Under the pieces are notes generated by a model. It saw only the letters and a list, made by a program, of their open reading frames with translations. It did no database searches and had not been told where the DNA came from. From the NCBI RefSeq assembly GCF_001194135.2, contig NC_068983.1:53218280-53282279 (forward strand): a stretch of DNA of 64,000 nucleotides, written 5' to 3'. This DNA comes from Octopus bimaculoides. Lineage: Eukaryota. Below are positions 38,022 to 51,903 of the stretch, piece by piece. The translations under genes were made by a program, and so were the position numbers. The first letter of the stretch is position 1. Every line of letters starts with the position of its first letter.

Positions 38022-39827
38022 AAGGACAGGAGCAGGTATCTTGCTGAAGAGTTGGAAAGAGAGAGGGAGGGAGAGATAGAGAGAGAGGTGGGGAGGAGCA
38101 TGTGGTCAAGGTACCAAGTGGATATGAAAGAAAGACCAGGACAGAGATACAGAAAAGGTGGATGGATAGGTAAGTATGCTTGAATGAGAATAGTGTGAAA
38201 GATAATTAGAGATATGGAATGAGCTGAATGCAGAGAATATAATTTAAGTTGAGGGGAAATGAAGGAAGGAAATAAGGTGTCACAAAAGATTAATATGTGT
38301 GTGCGTGTGTGTGTAATGTACATATACATTAATTCTTAAACCTTTGCCTTTGATGAACTATAGTTTTGTCTAGTAAATTTTAGCCTTATTTTCAAACATG
38401 ATATCCATGAGAATGGATCCATACTGACAGTAGAACCGTATCTGGCCCTGCCAACCTTTACAACAGTTATTAATTTTGTTACACTACCTCCGTTTGAATT
38501 TGTGAATTATATTTCTACTAGGTGGTAGGTACCACTGAGAATATTGGATTGAGGGTAGGCAACAAGTTTCAGAGAAAACTTACCAGTTTTCCTGATAGTT
38601 ATACAACTTCCCTTTCAGTTTCTGTATCTGCAATTTTCACACATGTTATTGTTGAGAATTTGACTGTGTAATAATAGTTTAGAATATACCAAAATTAATT
38701 TCTTTATATAATTTTAAATTATTTAATTATATACTTTCTCTTTTCTAAATGCGAAGATAAATATTTTTATTTCATAAATTCTATTATTAACTGCCATGAA
38801 CATCAATGGAGAGAAGTTGCTAATATGATATTATCAATTAAATTTTGGAAAAGTTGCATCAATTATATTTTGACAGAATCACTAGAGACTGAAATTTCCT
38901 CGTCTTAACTATAAAATTCACAATATATAGCCATAATAATGTAACATATGTATCAGAATATAAGTCACTGAGTGTACAAAATGAATCCAAAATGTTTATT
39001 ATAAAATGTAGGTATTGAGTTGTACTTACAGTTTCAGACTACCTGGCACTGTTTCACTAGAGTAAGTTTCAAGTGTTACTCTTGATTCAATGTATGAGAT
39101 TTTTCAGGCAAAGGAAGCATGTTTTCAGCATGTTTTGATATATGTTGAGCAAAACCAACAGTTGTAACCTGCAGTATATAAAAGTTATGATAGTTATAAG
39201 AGTTTCTACTTGGTGAAAAGGATGATATTCCAGTAGTCATTGATGCATTGATGTCTGGCACTTACTGCTGAAGAGTTATAGACTCAAAAGTCTTTTAACT
39301 CTTTTCTTACAATATTTCTATTGAAATACATTGCCTTTCTGTCACTTAATCTAAAAAAATAATGAATTTAGTAAAATATCATTATTAAGCTGGTGTTTAA
39401 AAACTAAATTAATGAAATTTTGATGGAAAGGTTTAATTTAGATCGATTTAAAACAGGTGCAATGTCAGGTATATTAATGATCAGTAAAATGCTTATTTTA
39501 AGTTCACTACAATGCAATACAGTCTTAGTTTTAAATTTAGGCCAACTAAGTTCAAATAATGGCAAAACACTGTCACTTACCTACCATAAATATGCACCAA
39601 ATGTGTCTGGCTGGTGTGACACAAGCATTAAAACCTAATTGCTTAAGCATAGATTATTTAACAGGAATTAACATGGTGTCAAGTATAACTTTATCTTTTG
39701 AATCAAATTATTTACTTACAATATAGTGTAATATTGTCATATTATAGTAAGGTACACAGCTGATATTCTCTTCAATTTGTAAAACTCTGACTTTCTAGCT
39801 TCAAAAGACCATGAGTTGTTAAGATTT

Positions 39828-40212
39828 AGGCACTGGTATGGGTGTGTGGTAAGAAATTTGCTTTCCATAAACCTAGGGCAAGTGTTTCCTGCTATATCCT
39901 TGGGCTGACTAAAGCCTTATCAATAGACTTGATAGACAGAAACTGAAAGAAGCCTGTTATGTGTGTGTGTGTGTGTGTGCAGGCATGCACTGTGTCTATT
40001 TGTGTGCATGTGTATGTATGTATGTGCATTTGAGTTTGTTCCCCACCACTGATTGACAATCAGTGTTTGTGTGATTATGTCCCTATAACATAGAAGTTCA
40101 GCAAAAAAGACATACTGATAGAATAAGTATTGGGTCAATTTGTTTGACTAAAATTCTTCAAAGTGGTGTTCCTGTGTGGCTTGCAGTCTAATAACTGAAA
40201 CAAGTAAAAGAA
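39828..40212 (+). mobile_element. Decayed SINE of the 19774-20177 family
   Basis: GTGTGTGGTAAGAA head, GGGCAAGTGT, GAAACTGAAAGAAGCC, TG tract, CTGAAACAAGTAAAAGA tail. Confidence 0.7.
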
Positions 40213-43200
40213 TCTTTAAAAAATATTTGGTATTTAAAACCTTGGTTTTAGGGCGAGATTTCGACGGTTCAAAAATTCCATCCAATATACCACTTTTAGG
40301 CATTTCAGAATTATTAAAAATAATTTGATAGTAAATTACAATGAAAATTTATCTCTTTTTATGTGGCTAGTGATGGTTAATTTGTTTCATAAATAAGGTT
40401 GCAGCCTAAAATTTAGGATTTTTCTGTATGTTGGTGTATAATTATGAAAATTAAACTATGAGAAGGTTGATTATCCCTAAAATTCTGTCATGTTATTGTA
40501 TTGTTTAAATAAAAAACAAAAAATGTATTAAATTCTAACAGTTCTGAGTATCAAAATATAAAATCGATAAAGAGATTATGAAGAAAATAAATTTTAAGAA
40601 AGTTGGCAAGTCCTTCTACATTCATGTCTGACTTAAATTAAATTTATAAAAATTCAACACAGCATACAATAAGATTGTCTCAATGTAAATTTACACCATC
40701 TATATGAAAACTATTCAATATATATATATACACACACATTTTTATTTGATAGACTCTACTGTTTCAAACTTTGAAATGCTTAATCAGTGTGTTAATCTTT
40801 TGTGGAGATAGTTTATATGTGTGTTTTGACATTGTTAGGAATCTATTGTAGAATATCAATAAAATGTAATTAGGGTAGCTAAGAGCTGTTAAAGTTACAC
40901 TTTGTGAGACAGGTGAAGGATATTAGTGTAATCAAAGTAAGAATGTATATAGTTATGGTTGTTTGACAAGAAATCATTGATATTGAGAAAAAAGAGGTGG
41001 GGGGAAATCAGTTCACATCCTTTATACCCGATTTGAGTAACTGTTCTTATGATATTTCAAGTCATCTTTACTAAATTTATTCGAATTAAAAGATTTCTGC
41101 TGTTTATCATTACTGAATATTTCACTAGGTGAATTATTTGTGACCTTTGAAGTGGATTGTAGATTCAAACTATTGTAAGAAGAGATGTGATTATCATATC
41201 CAACACAGAATTTGCTTGGAGGATATTTGGACAGCAATTAGATTGTTTCTTGTCTTGATTAGCTGGAACATACATATGCATGCTTCAATATTTTATAGAA
41301 GTTTCAAGCAGAGAAAAAGAAGGAACATTGTTACTTATGAACTTATGGATAACAGCTATGCTTTAGGTGGTGCTGAGAATGACAACCAGAACATTAGCTT
41401 TCATTATTGCTGAAATGTTGGTCAGAATGTTATATTACATTGTAAAGATGAGAAAAGTAGCTTACAATATATCTGTACATGTGAAGCCAAAAAGAAATTG
41501 AACAGTATAGTATTTGTGAAATTTTCACTGAAGTTCAAAAAATATAAACAATTGGATACCTCTTAAAATTTCCTAACGAGTAACAAAACTGAGTAATTGA
41601 GCTTTGATAAAAAATAATCATCCATTGAGGATTGAGAAATATTTATCTTAGTAAGTTTGTACATTTAGCAGTTGTAAAATTTGTATTTTAATGATTGTTA
41701 ATTTTTATTCCTTAATTGACACTTGGGTATGGTATTGACAAACATGAAAACTTCAAAAGGATAAATAAGCAAGTTAAATACAGTGGAAAATAAAGTGTTA
41801 AATTAAGTTAAAAGCATTTCCTTAATGGTTGACACCTATCCCTTGCAATATTTTTTTCTGGTACTGGCATTTAAAAAATTGTTTTTCTCATAGAATGTTT
41901 TAACTACAGTTGAGTGAGAATTTTGAGAGAAATGAACAGAATTGGAATCAAAAATGTGGTACAGACATTTACAAAGATCCAGTCTTAAGTTTTGCATTAC
42001 TCCAGTGTTATTAATAAATAAACAGTATTTTCTAATAACTTTAATACTTAGCATCATTATTAATGAATTATACATTGTTGAATTCTAAGCTATTTTGGGT
42101 AACGTAAAGTAATTTTTAATTCTTATTTAAAGCATTGTAGAATTTTATAGGTGTTTTTAAAATAGAATTTTCAGGTCTTTTGCAATAATCGAAATAATAG
42201 TATCTAACACAAGCACAATAGCAGCTAATTTTGGCAGAGAGGTATATATATGATGAGAACCCATAGACAGCCTTGCTGAAGATTCAAAATATAAATAAAT
42301 ACTGCAGGTGATTTCATGATATGACAGTCTTCTGATTTTGTCAGTCCACAGCTCTTAATGGTAGAGCAGATATATCAATTATTGTTAATATTACTGGTAT
42401 AACTTCATTATCATTAATTGATTTATGGCAACAAGCAATGAGTAAGAGAAGAATGGAAGTAGTTACAAGGAATATGAAACAGGTAAAATTTGGTTTGCAT
42501 ACAAAACAATTTCAATTTATAGCATGAAGTAGAAACACAGATGCTAAAAGAACCTTCTTGATTAGTTACAAATAACTTTCTTTTGTACTGATGTACCAAG
42601 ATATAGTAAGATGATCTCATATGTTTTGTAGTAAACTGCAAAAATTTAACTGAGATTATTTACACAATTAATTGCTAAAAACTCCTTTTAGGCATGTTTG
42701 TATTACATTATATTGCATATGTGAAACCCAATAGTATTTTAAAATAACATGTAGAATGTGCCCTCTGAAGCATTTTCACAATTATATTGTTCTTACCCAG
42801 ATAACTGTTACAATATGTCATACACTAAAGTCTGATAAACCACAGGACAAATATGTGTGAAAAGTGACTTAAATGTGTTGTCATGTTGTTGTTTAGCCTC
42901 CAGCCAAATCTAATCCAGCAGACTTATAAATTAAATGTGCATGAGACATCTCATCTTTCTTATATCAGGAACTATATTATCCAGTGTATCCTACTTGATT
43001 TAAGCTGGTAGAGTGTAATTTGAGAGAGATTTAATTACTTACTGATTCTAGATCATTAAATCTCCAAAGTACTTCATGTTAATTAAGTAATTCCTAAGAG
43101 TGCTGAATATGAGGTTAGTACTAGCAATAATAACCCCAAGAAGGAATTTAGTAAGCAGATGGATAACCTCCTGTTTTTAAGCCTCTTGATTTGTTCTGCC

Positions 43201-44381
43201 TTTTAAGATATCACACAAGTGTTTGCAGAGAAGTAGCCGTTTAAATATTTAAAGTGTTGATCTCTTAATTTTCATTGTACTATCATTTATCTTTTTGCTG
43301 GTGCATTTTCATCTGAGGGAAAACAATCTGGAGAAACTGCTCCTATAAATATACAAGAAACTTTATGAAGGACACACTTTGAGGCATTTGTACATTCCGT
43401 GTGAAGACAGATGGGTATTAAGTTAGAGATTCTGCAATTGTTATAGAGGACCAAGGAATTGGAGTTACCAGATATTTAGTCTTTTACATATTAATCAAAA
43501 CATCTGTTGTCTTGATCAATATATACACAAAGACTACACTTGCATTCAGATCTAATGTTAATGGATGATACTTGCTAGGTGAAGAAAACAAAAGAGATAA
43601 ACTTAGTTGTTTAATAATAAAAGTAACTGCAGTAAAGATAAAGTAGGAGTGGCTAATTAAGAGAATCATCTGAGAAATGTTGGTTACACAGAGAAAATGT
43701 TACCAGATCAAGACAAATAGATATCCAACACTGATATGAAATCAATAAATAGAGTAATTGTTATGATGAAGATGCTTTACATATATCATTTAATAGATTA
43801 AATTCTCTTTTACATAAAAATAATCTATATACACTCATCAATGAAAATGTTCATCTACTTTCTCTCAAATATCTCGGTCATAAAATTATTTTATCAAATT
43901 CAAATTAACTAGCTTACATTATGAAATGTCAAATTAAATTTGATATATTTGTGGATAGACATGTTAATTTAATTTTAAATATACACTGAATATTTTATTG
44001 AATATCCTATTTGGTTTTAACAAAATTATCATTCTTTCAAATGTAGTCACACTTTCTATTTCCTCATTCAAAAGTATATCTGTAACTATTCATTCTTTTT
44101 TATGTTGTCTAACATATATGAAGTCCTGAGATGAATTATTAATAAGATCTTTAAAAAATGAATTAGTATTAACCTTACACTTTGTTAGTCAAAGTACACT
44201 GTATTTTGATCAGTGTATTCTGTAGTAGTCCTTCAGCCTCATATTTCAGTGTATGCATAGTTTAGAGTAAAATATAATGCCAGGCCTTTATTTTTAATAC
44301 AGATTTCAATTCCATTATCTTCTTTTAAAAGAAGAGTATCATACTAATGATTAAAGTTTGTGGGTTCAATTCTGGTCTAAG

Positions 44382-45282
44382 TACCAGGTCCAATCAATAA
44401 GTGTCTGGACTGTTACCATAGTAACAATGCTAAAGCATGCAGAGTGAAGCCACTTAGCACAGATTGACTGTGAACTCTGCTGTGCATGTGCATTAAGTTT
44501 TAACATTCTAGCTCACTTCTGCTGTTTACAGCAGTGCTTGGAAGGAAGGTGTGTAGTGTGTGAATGTCACATTGACCATGACAGAGAAAGTTGTCATAGT
44601 GATACCTGCTCAGAAGCCTATGTAAAGTTGCAGAAAGTGTATGGAGAGGAGTGTATGAGCTGCACACAAATGTATGAGTGGTTCAGACGTTTCCAAGATG
44701 GCTGAAAAAATGTCGATATTGACAAACATTCTGGGAGATCTGCAACCAGCAGAACTGAGAGGAACATTGCAGATGTGCATGAAACCAAGAGGAGAAATTG
44801 TCAAATCACCATCCGTGAGATGTCAGAGGATGGTTACATATTAGTTACAGTTCAGTTCAGTCCATTATCTCTGAAGATTTGGGTATGAGATGCATGTCTG
44901 CAAAGTTTGTGCCAAAACTGCTTTCAGCTAACCAAAAAGACACTCAGGTTTCAGTCGCACAAGATTTCTCCTTGATTGTGCTGAGAACAATGAAAACTTT
45001 TCGAAATCTTTGCATAGGCCTCTGAGCAGGTATCGCCAAGCTTTTGGCAAAATTTGATGAAGATTCTCTGCTCAACTGTCTCTGTCATGGTCAATGCAAC
45101 AATCACACGCTACACCCTCCTTCCTAGCACTGCTGTAAACAGCAGAAGTGAACTAGAACTTTAAAACTTAGTGCACATGCACAGCAGAGTTTAAGGTCAA
45201 TCAGTGCCAAGTGGCTTAACTCTGCATGCTTTGGCTTCATTACCATGGCAACAGTCCGGATACTTATTCATCAGACCATGTA
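44382..45282. mobile_element. Mariner fold-back derivative with two 5' ends as long inverted arms
   Basis: Arms 44382-44637 and ~44998-45282 are inverted copies, each containing TIR, leader and the transposase start (ATG at 44578); the middle encodes only the N-terminus (..MYEWFRRF..AKFVPKLL); TA at both ends. Confidence 0.85.
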
Positions 45283-45789
45283 CATCCACACTCACACACA
45301 CACAGCACAGTGTATTAGCAGTGAGAGAAATTACTATTAGTCACAAGCATTGGTTTCATTCAACTAAATTTATATGTGCATGCCCATGAGTGTTGTTTTT
45401 ATGTATGTTGTCTTACTTGTTCTCCAGAATCCCTGACTGGTCTCTTGTTCAGTCATTAGCTATAAATCTTCATTTGACAAGTTGAGTGATAGTGTGGTTG
45501 TCTCATGCTCATATTTTGGTGATAGTTCTCAGGTTTATTGTGGCTAAGCTGATTTTTATTATATAAGTATATATTTCTCTCAAATGTAACATTATTGCTA
45601 TTCCTTCACATCATCTCTATCAACCTAGCTCATCACATCAACTGTGATGAATTAGGGAGTAATCACAAGAATATCATGTGATCCCACTTTCTTTCATAGA
45701 ATTTTCAGATGAGAGAAAGCCTGTAGTAATTCTGAACAACAAATGTTATAAGTAATTTACACAAATCCTTTAAATATACCTCAATAAGA

Positions 45790-46400
45790 AGTTGATGATG
45801 ATAAGACCGAGTTTATGGTTTTCAATCAACTAAAAGAACACATTGAATCATCAAAGGGTGTAAAGGACTTCAAATATCTGGGATCAGGGATAGAAAGCTC
45901 AACGAGAGACAAAGCAAAGAAATGAATCAACATGGTCAGCAATGCACAAGATGTCCACAATATGGGAAAGAAATCTATGGGAATGACTTCAAAGTACTTT
46001 TCTTTTGGATTTGCAGTAGAAAGCATACTGATATATGGATCTAAATACTGGACACTTACAAAAGTAATAGAAAGCAGGTTATACTAAGATGTTAAGGAAG
46101 GTGAAGAACATTTCCTGGAAGCAATATTTAGCAAATAGTGCATTATATGGAAATATGCTGTTCTTAAAAAAAAAATAAATAAAACATCCAACAGTGTAGG
46201 TTTAAGCTTGTGGAACGTTGGCAACAAAATGATGATGATGATGAAGTTGTATGTAAACTATTGTTATGGAAACCAGTACATAGTAAAAGAAGAGACTTTG
46301 TTGAATATATGGGTAATAGATGCTGGAGGACACCAACCTTGAAAAAATGTGTTACAGAATTGACGGAGGACAGGGAAGCTTGGAGGAGACTGGTCAGTTG
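45790..46400 (+). mobile_element. RTE-like LINE 3' remnant
   Basis: VKDFKYLGSGIES..AVESILIYGSKYWTLTK..MLRKVKNISWKQ. Confidence 0.7.
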
Positions 46401-47028
46401 GATTTCAAATGCTTTCACATGAAACATGAAGTTAATACGATGTAAACATTGTTCAGCACTACAGATTGCTATCTCAGTTTAGATTTGGTTCATTAACTCT
46501 TGATGTGCATCTATCTATCTTGTCAAAGAATGATCTCTCTAAAAACAAAATTGACATTTCTCAGCATTTACATTTGTTGAAAGAAAGTATTTCTCATTTA
46601 TAATGTTAGCTTATTCACTTCTGCATTAACTGGCTCTACTAAATCCTTTTGCAATTTACATAGATCTCTCTGTAACTAAACTCTCACCACCACCAAAAGA
46701 AAAAGAGAAAGGAAATCTGATAGATGTGTTAAATATTTGTCCATTTACTGACTGAGTTAGAGTAAGTTAAACATAAGCAGCCATATCATAGACTGGAAAT
46801 CAACTTCATAGGCCTAACAGACAGATTTATCTTAAAGAAGATAGGTTTGTCTTGAGAATAATAGAAAGAAAGCTATAAGAAAGAAGTCATCTGAGATGTA
46901 CAGTTTAAATTGTTTGACAGCTTCAATAAATACTAGTAAATTCTGTGTCTTTTAGTTAACTAGAATATATTTAGATGAGAAGGTCTAATAACATTGAAAC
47001 ATCCTTTGCTTTCACTGGCCAACTTTAA

Positions 47029-47212
47029 CCTTTGTGTTAGAATTCTGTTGAAATATACTTTCTTTATTTCAGTTCATTTTGAAAATAATGAAGGACCTTA
47101 TAAAATGACTTTTTTATTATTAAGCTATTGTTGAGAAAATAAATGAACATTAAAATTTGATAGAAGCTTTTAATTTATATAACTTTAAAACAGTAAGATG
47201 GTATCAAAAGGG
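47029..47212. mobile_element. piggyBac-like MITE
   Basis: TTAA at 47025-47028 and 47213-47216 with CCTTT/AAAGGG ends; a related decayed copy starts near 39296. Confidence 0.55.
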
Positions 47213-49379
47213 TTAAAAATAAAATCATAATCACACAGTATTTTTATCCTTTCCTCAAAAGTTTTGATTAACTGAATGTATTTTAGTTATTCCATTGATT
47301 TTAGATTTGAAACAGTCATAAAGGGAGGTTTGTCTACTAAGTGCATTGATAATCTCAGTTAATGAAAGCTTTACAACACACTGTTTTACATATGTGGGAT
47401 CCTACTGTGTGTATATCAATATATATATATATATATAAAATATTAGATTAGGGAGTTGAGAATAGCAACAAATGAAATTTAGGTCACTACTTGCAATATG
47501 TCATCAAAGTAGATGCAAAAAAAACTAAACCTAATGTCATTGATTTCTAATATATGCACAATGTAACAAATTTTGGGCCAGTGTTATAGTGAATATATTG
47601 ACTCCAGTAATTGATTGGTACTTTATTTTATTGATCATAAAAGAGTGAAAGGTTAAGTTCACTATGGCAGGAGTAAAACTCACTATATAAAATTTTTTGT
47701 CTGATGCTCTATTGATTTTACCAATTCTGTTTTTGTTATAAATAAAAGCTAGACTAATGGTGGGCAGAAATGGTGAGTGTTAGACTAAATGTCTTGTGAT
47801 ATTTAGTTACATCTTTTTACATTCTGATTTTCAGTTACCTTTAACTCAACTTTATTTAAAACTAATATGCTAGAATCTATTACTTGAGTATCACAATTCC
47901 TCTGTTAATATGTATTTATGTATCTGCTTTCCAGTACATGACAAAATAACTTTTGATAAAAAGATGACTTGAAAAATTTGTAAATTTATAAAGCCAGGGA
48001 TGATGAGGAAATTTTTAATATTTAGGTTCCATTGTTTATACCTGAATTTTACTATTTTGATGAAAATCACACACATTTAGATTTTAAAGTTGTTCATATA
48101 AATATTAACACCAAGACTTGAAGTTTAAGATGAATAAATGCAAAATGGTTATATGGATTTGAATTAAACACTGCCATGTTCTGAGTTGTTGTTAAATCAG
48201 TATTTAAAGAAATTAAATATATTGCAAAACTGATCAATTTATGTCAGCATAAGACTAGTTAAAAGAAATAATATACAGTCACTTGTGCTTCTGAAAGCCA
48301 TTGAAGAAACCCATCTACTACAACAGACGGTATTTCATACGTAGAAAATAATTTGTGTAAAATCTGAACCAAATATTGTACAAAATTACCATTCAATTCT
48401 CAATAGATTTATAACTATCAATTTTGGGTTATTATTACTGTGTTTCAGACATATATGATCACTTAGGCGTATTCATTTGTTACAAAAATAATATTTTTTG
48501 AAAATACCAGTATTGGTTCCTCTTGTTTGAAATTTCATCTAACATATTGTGTATTGCACTGATTTAACTTTGTATTTGTATATTCTGTACATCATATGTC
48601 AAAGAGTCAACTCTTTTCCATAGCATTTTTATCATTGTTGCACCTGAATCTTTTTAACCCATTCATCTTGTTCTTAGGCTTTATTTAGGAACCTGTTCTT
48701 GACTTATCAGGTGTAAAATAAAATATTGTAACGTTTGTTGAAGTGTTTCATTGAGTTTGGAGATCTTGATAACATGCACCTCCTTCTTAAGAATTGGATG
48801 CTGTTAGGTCTCAAGGAGCTCTGCTGGTTTTGATAGGTTTTAAGGAGTACACTGTAAAGTAGGTTAACTGTTTTTTAAAAATAATTATAATGTTGTAAGT
48901 TGAGAGTTTTCTAATATCCCCTGTTGAAACATTTTAGAGAAATATTATAAATTACTGATATGAAATTCTGCTTTACATTCCATTTTATAAAATATTCATG
49001 CATAGATTTTATCTTGGAGACAATAATAACATTTGCCAGAGATTCTCTATGATTGGAATTGTTTCGTATCAAAACTTAATCTACTATTGCAACGCAGTTA
49101 TTCTTTTTTTTTTTTTATTGTGTTATCCAGGAAATTACTAAAGTGTTGTGGGTTGCAACTAATAGAATACAGCAATTCTTTATTATGGCACACCAAGATT
49201 CTACAGCTTACCATTAAGTTATCATATTCTTTGACTATTTTAAGTTAATTTGAAAATATGGATTGAATTAGATAAAAAGCAGTGATAATGGAATTGCTGT
49301 ATAAATTTGCATTATGTTGACTAAAACTGTAGCAACCATTCTTTATTTGGGAGAAGTTTCAAATTAAGGAAAGCATTTG

Positions 49380-49724
49380 GCTGTTATCAATTGTATAAGC
49401 TTAACCTTGATCTTCCTCATCTTCAAGGCTATTTTTTCCACTACAAAAGTTTTGGAATCAATGTTGAACAGTAGATTATTGATAGTCTTCAAGCAAAAAA
49501 GTTTGGTTGATATTGTCACCAGTTTCTGCAGCTTTGCACTTTATATTGAACTTATACAATAAAATCACTTGAATAAACAAGAATAAATAGAGAAACTAAT
49601 CATTTACATAAATCAATAGGCAAAAATCTATGCTTCAAAATGGTATGTTGCATATGGTTAAATAAAAGTTTGCTCTAAAATAAGCTTCAAACGACAAAAA
49701 GTGTATTTATTTTTGCACCAACCT
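49380..49724 (-). mobile_element. Mariner 5' fragment
   Basis: TIR AGGTTGGTGCAAAAATAA at 49707-49724; ILLYKFNIKCKAAET..FQNFCSGKNSLEDEE. Confidence 0.7.
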
Positions 49725-50962
49725 CAGAGTAAATTGTGAATTTCTTTAGTAGTGTTTTATAACGAAGTGTTTTTCAAAGTATTTTATATTTTAAAAATAT
49801 TCTATACCATTACAGATTGTTTACTGCTTTTTTGAAAGTATACCAGAGAGAATATCCAACACTGTTTGTTTAACTTTAGTAAATAATTCTGAAAAAAATT
49901 ACTTCTAACAATTTTTTTCATAGATAATTCTAACTATATAAACATCTTGCCAGACATATTTCATGTTAAGAGAAGAGAATTCTTGCAGCTATATTTTTCT
50001 CTATAAACAGACCAATAATAATTTTATTTAAACTGTGTGTGTGTATGTGTGTGTGTGAGTGTGTATTATATACTGACATAGAGATAGGAAGAGAGAGAGA
50101 AAGTGAGAGGCTTAATATTATTTACCAATGATATAACCTTAAATGTTTGTATTTGAATACGCTACTTCTAAAGATCTTAGCTGCCCATACATTCAAGTGT
50201 TAGCTGAACTGTTTATTTATGTGACTACTTCGGTACGCAATCATGTTTTCTATTCAATCATTAAGAACAAAAGGTTTCCTTTACTCTCCAATGCAAGATA
50301 TTTTAACTGCTGCAGATACTTTCCAGCATTATTGATTGAAATACTCTTCTGTCTAAAAGAGAAGGCTTCTTCTTCAACTCATTCTGTATTTCCATTTGAT
50401 AGAAGTTATTATTTACATGTATATCATTAACATTTTTAATAATAATGATCAGTTCGACTATAATCTTTATATTATGATGGATTTTTACTGGAGTTTTTTT
50501 ATAAATTTTTTAAATATTTTTCTCTTCCAATTCAAAATCATGTGAAAAGTTTTTATTTATTTTCAATATTGAAAGGTTTATAAAAACTGTTGAATGTGTA
50601 TTAGCTTTGAAAGAGTTACATTAATCAAATATCTAATACTAGCAAACTGTATTTCACTTTTCTAAGAGTTTTTGCAATGGTTTCAATATATTTTATTTAT
50701 TGAAATATATTCAAAAACAATAATTTTGTGTAAACATTAAAACAAATTTTGTCCTGATATGTAAAAAAGTTTATAAATTCGTAACAAAAATTATTGTATT
50801 TTATCAGTTCATTATTTTTTGTTATTTGTGATTAGTACATTAACATCATTGAAGACTGGGTTTTTGCATTCACTTGTGCCATATTCCTCACCATAACATC
50901 TATTAATACATCACCAGCCTTCACTTGGATATATATATGTGTGCGTGTGTGTGTGTGTGTGT

Positions 50963-50994
<32 letters not shown>

Positions 50995-51419
50995 CTCTCT
51001 CTCTCACACACACACATCATGAATTTTACATCTGCTTTCCATGGTTTGGATAGTTTGAAGAGTTCAGGAGAGTGGAAGACAATGTTTTGCTCCAATTTCT
51101 CAGTTTTGCTTCAGCTTCTATTGTTCTTCCTAATGCCAGTCACTTTACAGTGTAGTGGAGGTTTTTTCTTTTTTTTTTTGGGGGGGGGGTCTGGATTATG
51201 TTTCCTGTTCTTTACTTAATTTTCGAAAATGGTGGGGTTCATTATTAGTATTCTCGTTTATGAGAGCAGTTGAGTTTATTTCAGATATTCTCATTTTAAT
51301 AATCATCTCTGGTTTATCGTTGAGAGGACATTGATGTTGCCTTGGTGGAGGTTTGCACTCTCTGGGTGCTCTTAATAATGTTGTATTTTGCATTCTCAGA
51401 ATTATATAAAATCTTTAGA

Positions 51420-51903
51420 AATCATACTCTGAGCATCAAGACCCAAGGTCAAGGTCTGTTTAAACTACATTGAATTACAATGTCTACCCTGTGCTGATGT
51501 ATGCAAGTGAGGCATGGTCTATAACATTTGAAATGAGAAAGTGCTTTGAGAGCTGTGAAAGGTGGTTCTTAAGAATATTGAGGATAGCATGGACAAAGTA
51601 TCTAGACCTAGGCTGTGATAAATAGGAAACTTCTTCATGAAATAAGGGCCATGAATCTGAGATTTCTTGGTCATGTGATGAGGAAAGAGGACCCGGAAAA
51701 TTTAGTAATGACCAGAAAGACTGAAGGAAGAAGAAGCAAAGAAAAAAGAATGATATGGATTTCAAGCTTGACATATTGGTTGGAAGGAAAAAGCATTAAA
51801 CATCAGAAAGTAGAACTCAAAGAAAACAAAGAATGAAGAATTGTAACAGGCCATGATCGGCTATGTCCTACATTCTGGACGTGGCACCTAAAGAAGAAGA
51901 AGA
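51420..51903 (+). mobile_element. RTE-like LINE 3' end
   Basis: VYPVLMYASEAWSI..LRILRIAWTK..LRFLGHVMRKE..EGRRSK; (GAA)n tail at ~51890-51903. Confidence 0.75.

Noticed and set aside
39076-39330. Minus-strand 97-nt intron-like segment (gtaagt..ctgcag, 39265-39169) and ORF 39076-39261
   Set aside because: The upstream segment has stops in all frames and overlaps a MITE remnant; no recognisable protein
41022-41237. Ser/Asn/Lys-rich 71-aa minus ORF
   Set aside because: No ATG, no convincing acceptor in frame and no motif; the length is attainable by chance
48596-48688. Short ORF MSKSQLFSIAFLSLLHLNLFNPFILFLGFI resembling a signal peptide
   Set aside because: No canonical GT donor before the stop; hydrophobic ORFs are common in T-rich DNA
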